Position numbers and translations under genes: made by a program
The notes under the pieces: model-generated
Databases searched by the model: none
The model's input: only the letters and a program-made list of their open reading frames with translations
Told to the model about the DNA's origin: nothing
Shown: one piece after another, positions 58,780 to 63,481 of the stretch
Layout: each line of letters opens with the position of its first letter
How positions within the stretch are numbered: position 1 is the stretch's first letter
NCBI GenBank assembly: GCA_030167865.1
Contig: JALAGF010006663.1
Span: 1 to 63,481 of the forward strand
DNA from: Craspedostauros australis
Taxonomy: Eukaryota
Direction: 5' to 3'
Length of the DNA stretch: 63,481 nucleotides

Positions 58780-61700
58780 CTAAGAGATGTCCGTCAACAC
58801 GGATATTTCATCGTCCAGCGCATCCATCTCCTCGTCCCTGCTAGCATTGGTTCCGCCCGAGCTGCTCAACGTTCCATTCTCGACTGAAGGCTGCCCGTCG
58901 CCCCACTTCGAACCCTTCCCGATCGACAGGGCGCTCTGCATCGGTGAGGCAGAAACCGATTTGCTGTCCTTCGGCTGGAAGCGGATGTTGGTGATCTTGC
59001 CAGAGATCTCGATGACGCGCTGCTGCATTCCCTTATGCTGCTGCTTGCCATTCCCGGCGCCCATCTCGCGCTTGGTTCGCATGTTCAGACCGGTTTCGGG
59101 TTTCCACCCCTTCAGGTACTCTGACCGTCTCGCCTTCAGATCCTCCACCTTCGTCGTGCAGCCCCACAGCTGGTACAGATCGGCGGCCCTGCTCATGTAC
59201 TTCGACACCAGCTTGTGGGTGGGCTGCGTCCTCGAATTATGCTTGTGGCTTGCGTCCGAACCCGCCGCGGATAGGCCAAGCTCCTCCCTCACCCAGATGA
59301 AGTGGTCGGCCGCCGTCTCGTGGAACAGCGACGTGTAGTTCGTCATGGAGGCCGCCTCGGCGACCTGAATCGCCTGGTCGTAGGCGCTCTGTGTGGCGCT
59401 GACCGTCTTGGTGTTGTGCTTGGACGTGGACAGCGCCACACTTTCGGCCTTCAGGATCAGCATGGCGAACAGGGCATTCGTTCCCTTGGTGGCCACGACC
59501 GTGCGCATGATCGACAGCTTGTCGGCCACGACCTTCTTGTACTTCTTCTTCTTGGTGCGACGGTAGAGGGCTCCTGCGCACAGCCCCGTCGTCAGAGCCT
59601 GGTTCACCAGCTGGTTGTACGACTTGTCGTGCTTCGCCATGTGGGCGTACAAGCCCGTCCATCGGTATCCGATCTTGAACTTGCGGAAGTAGGTCGACAC
59701 CCACGCCCTGCAGAAGCATTGCGTGGTCAGCGTGTACACCTCCATAGCGGCTGGGGGGTTGGTCTTGAGGTTGCGGTGCGATCGCAGGTCGATGTCCTCC
59801 CAATCGATGGGCTTGGTGCCGATCAGCCATTGCAGCAGGGTCAGCTGCTCCATCGTGTTGCCCAGCATCGTGGAGACGCGGTACTGGTTGTAGCGATCAA
59901 TGGTGGTCTCGACTTCGCCCAGCACGTACTGGAGGTTGTACCCGGCAAGGTATATGGCGAAGCTACGGGCCTGCAGCCCCACCATGCCCTTTTCGAACTC
60001 TCCGGATTGCATGGCGACGTCGTAGCCTCTCTGGAAGCCCCCGATCACTTCCTCCATCGGCGAGCTGAAGCAGTAGACGGAGTTGTACGTCATGATGTAG
60101 ACCCACCCAGCCTGCTTCTTCCCGTTGGTCTTGATAAGGAGCTTGTGCGCGATGTCGGCGCAACGCAGCCCGAGCTTGTGATCACCGGACATCGACATGA
60201 CGATGCCGAAGTTCGCGAAGCCCTTCGCGGTGAACTCCGACACGCCGTGCTTGATCCCCGTGAGGATGAGGATGCAGACCTGCAGCACCCACTTGGTCTT
60301 GTCGCCGGCGAAGAAGGATCGTGTTCCGACCTCCACGATGAACTCCTGCAGCATGAGCCTCTGGTAGTCCCCGAGGATGGGCAGGTCGAAGATCTCCTTG
60401 TCGGTGGTGCGCTTGAGGTACGCCTTGATCTTCCCCATGGACTTGATGATGTGGTAGGCCAAGAATCGTTTGGGAAAGACGCCCATGGAATGGGTGACCT
60501 GCAGGGTGATGGCCAACGACTCTTGGATCTTGTTCTCACGACCCAACGCGTTGGCCATGACGAGTTGCGTCGACAGCTTTTCGTTGACCGTGCGCGCCCT
60601 CTCGATGAGTTCGTTGCCCAATGCGTACCCGACCTCGAAGTTGGCCATGGATAGCTCCGCGTCACATCTCGCTCTGTACAAGCGGATGGAAACCTCGTAG
60701 TGCTCCTCCCATGGATTGCGAACCAGCTTCATTGCATCGCTGGCCTTGCGGAGGTACAGCGCGGCGGATTGCGACGACGCCATCTGAAGGGCTCTCTCGC
60801 CGACCTCCAGGTTCATGACAGCGGAGAACATGTGATCCTTGGTGGCGACGCTGTTGAGATGATCGGCCGCCACGAAAAGGAGGCCGACGTCCTCCTCCGC
60901 AAAGAGGTCCTCGTCCAGAAAGATGTCCTCACCGGTGTCGGTTTTCACTGTCGCATTGTCCTGAATGACGTCGTTGGTCTTGGCCTTGTTCTTGTTCTTC
61001 TTCTTGCTTGCGTCGTTACCGTCCATAGTAGCAGCATCGTCGGCGGGAGCTTGCTGATCTTCCGCCAGGAGGATCGCCCGGCGCTGCATGTCCAACAGAC
61101 AATGGCCCACCCTGAGCCGGAGCTTGTCACGCACTTCGCCGTACGGGACGAGCCCGAACGCCGCCTGCTGGATACGGTCGTGCGCGAAGTGGAATTGCTC
61201 ATCACCGATGGAATTGGTCAGCAGCCCTTCCAGGACGGCCTGCTCCAGCACGCGCACCACCCTGGATTGATCCCATTGCGACACGGAGGGATCATCTTCT
61301 GGGATCGAAGTGATGTTGCCGCGGTCAGCAACCCTGGGGTTGTCATCATCATTGACGACGATGCAATCGGCGTGATTCTGCTCATGCTCCAGCACGAGAT
61401 GCACGGTGTGGGCATCGAAGTTGGATCGGATGTAGGCGGCGATCACCAGGACGAGGCGCATGTCGTGTGGTGCCTGACGCAGCTGCGATTCGACGAGCGA
61501 GACGATGTTGTCGCTGATCGGGAGGTCGGCGTAATCCGTGGCGTTGGTCGCAGTATCCGACGTGTCGTCGCTGCTTGGTTGGCGCTGCAGATGCCATTCC
61601 CATCTGGAGGAAAGACGGTTGTAGGTGAGGATGTCCTGGCGCTTGAGCTCCTCGACGGCCTGCATGGTGAAGAGGAGGTTGCCGTGGGTCTTTTCGTAGA

Positions 61701-63481
61701 TCTTCTTGGTGAGGATCTTGAGGTCCTTGTCGTCCGTGGATCGACCCAGCAGGAGGGAGAGATGCTCGACGGCATCGGCAAAGCAAAGATTGCCGATCGT
61801 GATCTGCTCGAGCTGCTTGGTCCTGGAGCCTGGTGTTGGCACTGCACGGCCCTTGTCGTCACCGTTGCTGGCCAGACGATCCATGAAGTGCGTTCGCAGC
61901 GGGACATTCATGGGCAGCTCCACCGCCTCGTTGGAGTGCGGGTCCATCTCCTGACGGATGGAACCGAGGAACATGAAGTGCTGCAGATCGGAATCGGCGA
62001 CCAGCGTGGCCAAAAGCTCCATGCCTGCAGATGTGGACCACTGGAGATCGTCGAGGAAGAGGTAGACCGGCTTCTTGGACGTGGAGATCGCCTTCATGAG
62101 CTGGATGAAGGTGTACTGCAGGCGATTCCACATGTTCCTGGTGTCGTTGGAGGGCGATGAACCACCGCCGGCGAGGCTGCCTAGGAAGGTGGAGAGGGAG
62201 GCCGAATGGGAGGAGACCGAGTGGCCATCGTGATCCTCGAGGGACCCGGAAAGCCGGCTTCCCCTCTTCCTGCTATCGTCCGGCACGACGTTCTGATTCG
62301 TGAGGTTGGACTTCATGGAGTAGACGGTCGACCCGGAACCGAACTTCCCACGCGACATGAGGATGGACAGGGCCGGCACGACCGTGGCCAGCGCGGACAT
62401 GGCGGAGTAGAAGTTCAAGTCGTTGCCCGAGCTTGCGTTGGCGTTGGTGCGGCCGCGAGCGCTGTCGCCGTTGTTGAAGGTATCGCGGATCGAAGCGCGG
62501 ATACGATCGAGCTCCTCTGTGGGGCCGCTGCGCAGCTGTCCAGCGAAGTCGGTGAGGGCCTGGACGATGGCGGAGAATGGGTTGCCTCTACCCGTGGTCT
62601 CGTCGTACTTGCCGCGTAAGACGTAGCAGCAGGAGCAGCTCCTGAGATGATGGCGGTGATCCGTCCTGGAGTGCACGCTGCGGGCGGACCTGCCGGAGTC
62701 CGACATATCGCCGTCTCCCGATGACAGCCGCTTGGGACGCGCGGCTCGTCTGGCGCCGCAGGTGCAGCAGACCGAATCGAAGAAGTGGTTGATCATCCTG
62801 GACTTGCCCGTTCCGCTGGTGCCCCAGACCATGACGGCCGGGTAGATGGAAATCGGGACCGATGAGCTGTCCATGGAGTCGCAATCCAGGAAGTCGAAGT
62901 CGTCGAAGAGGGAGTTCGCCCGTCCCGTCGTGGGTCGCTGGGTCTGGAGGATGATGCGCTCTCTGATCCTGCGCAGCTCTGTGAGCTCTGCCTTGCGTCC
63001 GAAGAACTGCTGGCCTGTCTCCGTTGGTGGTTTGGGCGCAGATGCGTCCTTGGCCGTCCCTTTGGCTCCCCCTTTGGCTCCACCCTTGGCTCCACTCGTA
63101 GATCTACGCCTGCCTTCAGTCTTGGCAGTAGATGCCGATGCCGATGGAGATGTGACTGGGGCTGAAGCGGAACTCAAACTAGAAGCAGGAGTAGAAGCGG
63201 GAGTAGGAACAGAAGACGGTGGCTCCACGGCCGATGATTCCACCTGCCCCACGCTGTCATCAATGCTGCTGTCAGGGGTAGGTTCCTCCTCGATGGTGGC
63301 AATGCCGCTGGGAGGAGCGCACAGCGGAGCCGATGCGTCGCTCTTGAGGTTGGAGAAGACATCGCCGCGGAAGATGTCGCCGTAGAACTCACGCTCGTTG
63401 TCGTGAACGCTCAGAGGTTGGCCGAGGCTCTCACCATCGGCCTCGCTCTCGCAGTTGCTGCCGTCGCTGTTGCTGCTGCTG
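58780..63481 (-). CDS. Second STAND/AAA_16-type NTPase, paralogue of 35177-39532; 5' end lies beyond the window
   Basis: FFGRKAELTEL, Walker A GTSGTGKS, PFSAIVQAL, Walker B YLFLDDLQW, HGNLLF, FAHDRIQQAAF, VAADHLNSV, WGCTTKVEDL. The frame stays open from the track's GTG at 63252 to the window edge (SSSNSDGSNCESEADGE...). Confidence 0.9.
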   Translation of the reverse strand, partial: SSSNSDGSNCESEADGESLGQPLSVHDNEREFYGDIFRGDVFSNLKSDASAPLCAPPSGIATIEEEPTPDSSIDDSVGQVESSAVEPPSSVPTPASTPASSLSSASAPVTSPSASASTAKTEGRRRSTSGAKGGAKGGAKGTAKDASAPKPPTETGQQFFGRKAELTELRRIRERIILQTQRPTTGRANSLFDDFDFLDCDSMDSSSVPISIYPAVMVWGTSGTGKSRMINHFFDSVCCTCGARRAARPKRLSSGDGDMSDSGRSARSVHSRTDHRHHLRSCSCCYVLRGKYDETTGRGNPFSAIVQALTDFAGQLRSGPTEELDRIRASIRDTFNNGDSARGRTNANASSGNDLNFYSAMSALATVVPALSILMSRGKFGSGSTVYSMKSNLTNQNVVPDDSRKRGSRLSGSLEDHDGHSVSSHSASLSTFLGSLAGGGSSPSNDTRNMWNRLQYTFIQLMKAISTSKKPVYLFLDDLQWSTSAGMELLATLVADSDLQHFMFLGSIRQEMDPHSNEAVELPMNVPLRTHFMDRLASNGDDKGRAVPTPGSRTKQLEQITIGNLCFADAVEHLSLLLGRSTDDKDLKILTKKIYEKTHGNLLFTMQAVEELKRQDILTYNRLSSRWEWHLQRQPSSDDTSDTATNATDYADLPISDNIVSLVESQLRQAPHDMRLVLVIAAYIRSNFDAHTVHLVLEHEQNHADCIVVNDDDNPRVADRGNITSIPEDDPSVSQWDQSRVVRVLEQAVLEGLLTNSIGDEQFHFAHDRIQQAAFGLVPYGEVRDKLRLRVGHCLLDMQRRAILLAEDQQAPADDAATMDGNDASKKKNKNKAKTNDVIQDNATVKTDTGEDIFLDEDLFAEEDVGLLFVAADHLNSVATKDHMFSAVMNLEVGERALQMASSQSAALYLRKASDAMKLVRNPWEEHYEVSIRLYRARCDAELSMANFEVGYALGNELIERARTVNEKLSTQLVMANALGRENKIQESLAITLQVTHSMGVFPKRFLAYHIIKSMGKIKAYLKRTTDKEIFDLPILGDYQRLMLQEFIVEVGTRSFFAGDKTKWVLQVCILILTGIKHGVSEFTAKGFANFGIVMSMSGDHKLGLRCADIAHKLLIKTNGKKQAGWVYIMTYNSVYCFSSPMEEVIGGFQRGYDVAMQSGEFEKGMVGLQARSFAIYLAGYNLQYVLGEVETTIDRYNQYRVSTMLGNTMEQLTLLQWLIGTKPIDWEDIDLRSHRNLKTNPPAAMEVYTLTTQCFCRAWVSTYFRKFKIGYRWTGLYAHMAKHDKSYNQLVNQALTTGLCAGALYRRTKKKKYKKVVADKLSIMRTVVATKGTNALFAMLILKAESVALSTSKHNTKTVSATQSAYDQAIQVAEAASMTNYTSLFHETAADHFIWVREELGLSAAGSDASHKHNSRTQPTHKLVSKYMSRAADLYQLWGCTTKVEDLKARRSEYLKGWKPETGLNMRTKREMGAGNGKQQHKGMQQRVIEISGKITNIRFQPKDSKSVSASPMQSALSIGKGSKWGDGQPSVENGTLSSSGGTNASRDEEMDALDDEISVLTDIS

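Noticed and set aside
63250..63252. GTG start (MGQVESS, myristoylation-like) for the second STAND gene
   Set aside because: The frame is open to the window edge, so this is an internal Val.

Overview
Eukaryotic nuclear DNA, almost certainly from a diatom and probably a pennate one. The basis is a canonical silicon transporter (SIT) with four GXQ motifs, CMLD and a C-terminal coiled coil, plus spliceosomal introns and abundant microsatellites. Supported genes: a TVP38/TMEM64-type membrane protein, a MaoC-like dehydratase, two long disordered Ser-rich proteins, histone H2A.X, a WW-domain + GT7 glycosyltransferase, a 7TM/GPCR-like pseudogene, a heat-shock factor, an N-acylated ankyrin protein, SIT, two STAND/AAA_16 NTPases, a class-IV aminotransferase and a coiled-coil protein. 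About 30.3-44.7 kb is a decayed transposon island (piggyBac and Tc1/mariner-like relics, inverted copies of an ~800-bp LTR-like repeat, a hairpin-rich insert) enclosing one intact STAND gene. Best candidates for undescribed biology: (1) a transmembrane-less GT7 glycosyltransferase with a WW domain and an SV40-type NLS, possibly a nuclear glycosyltransferase; (2) an identical 13-residue motif ESAAFDDIGELFE, with 9 of 13 codons synonymously diverged, in two otherwise unalignable disordered proteins 47 kb apart; (3) two STAND NTPases without the usual GAF/His-kinase output that both end in DDE[VI]SVLTD[VI]S. All family calls come from motif recognition by eye; no searches were run.
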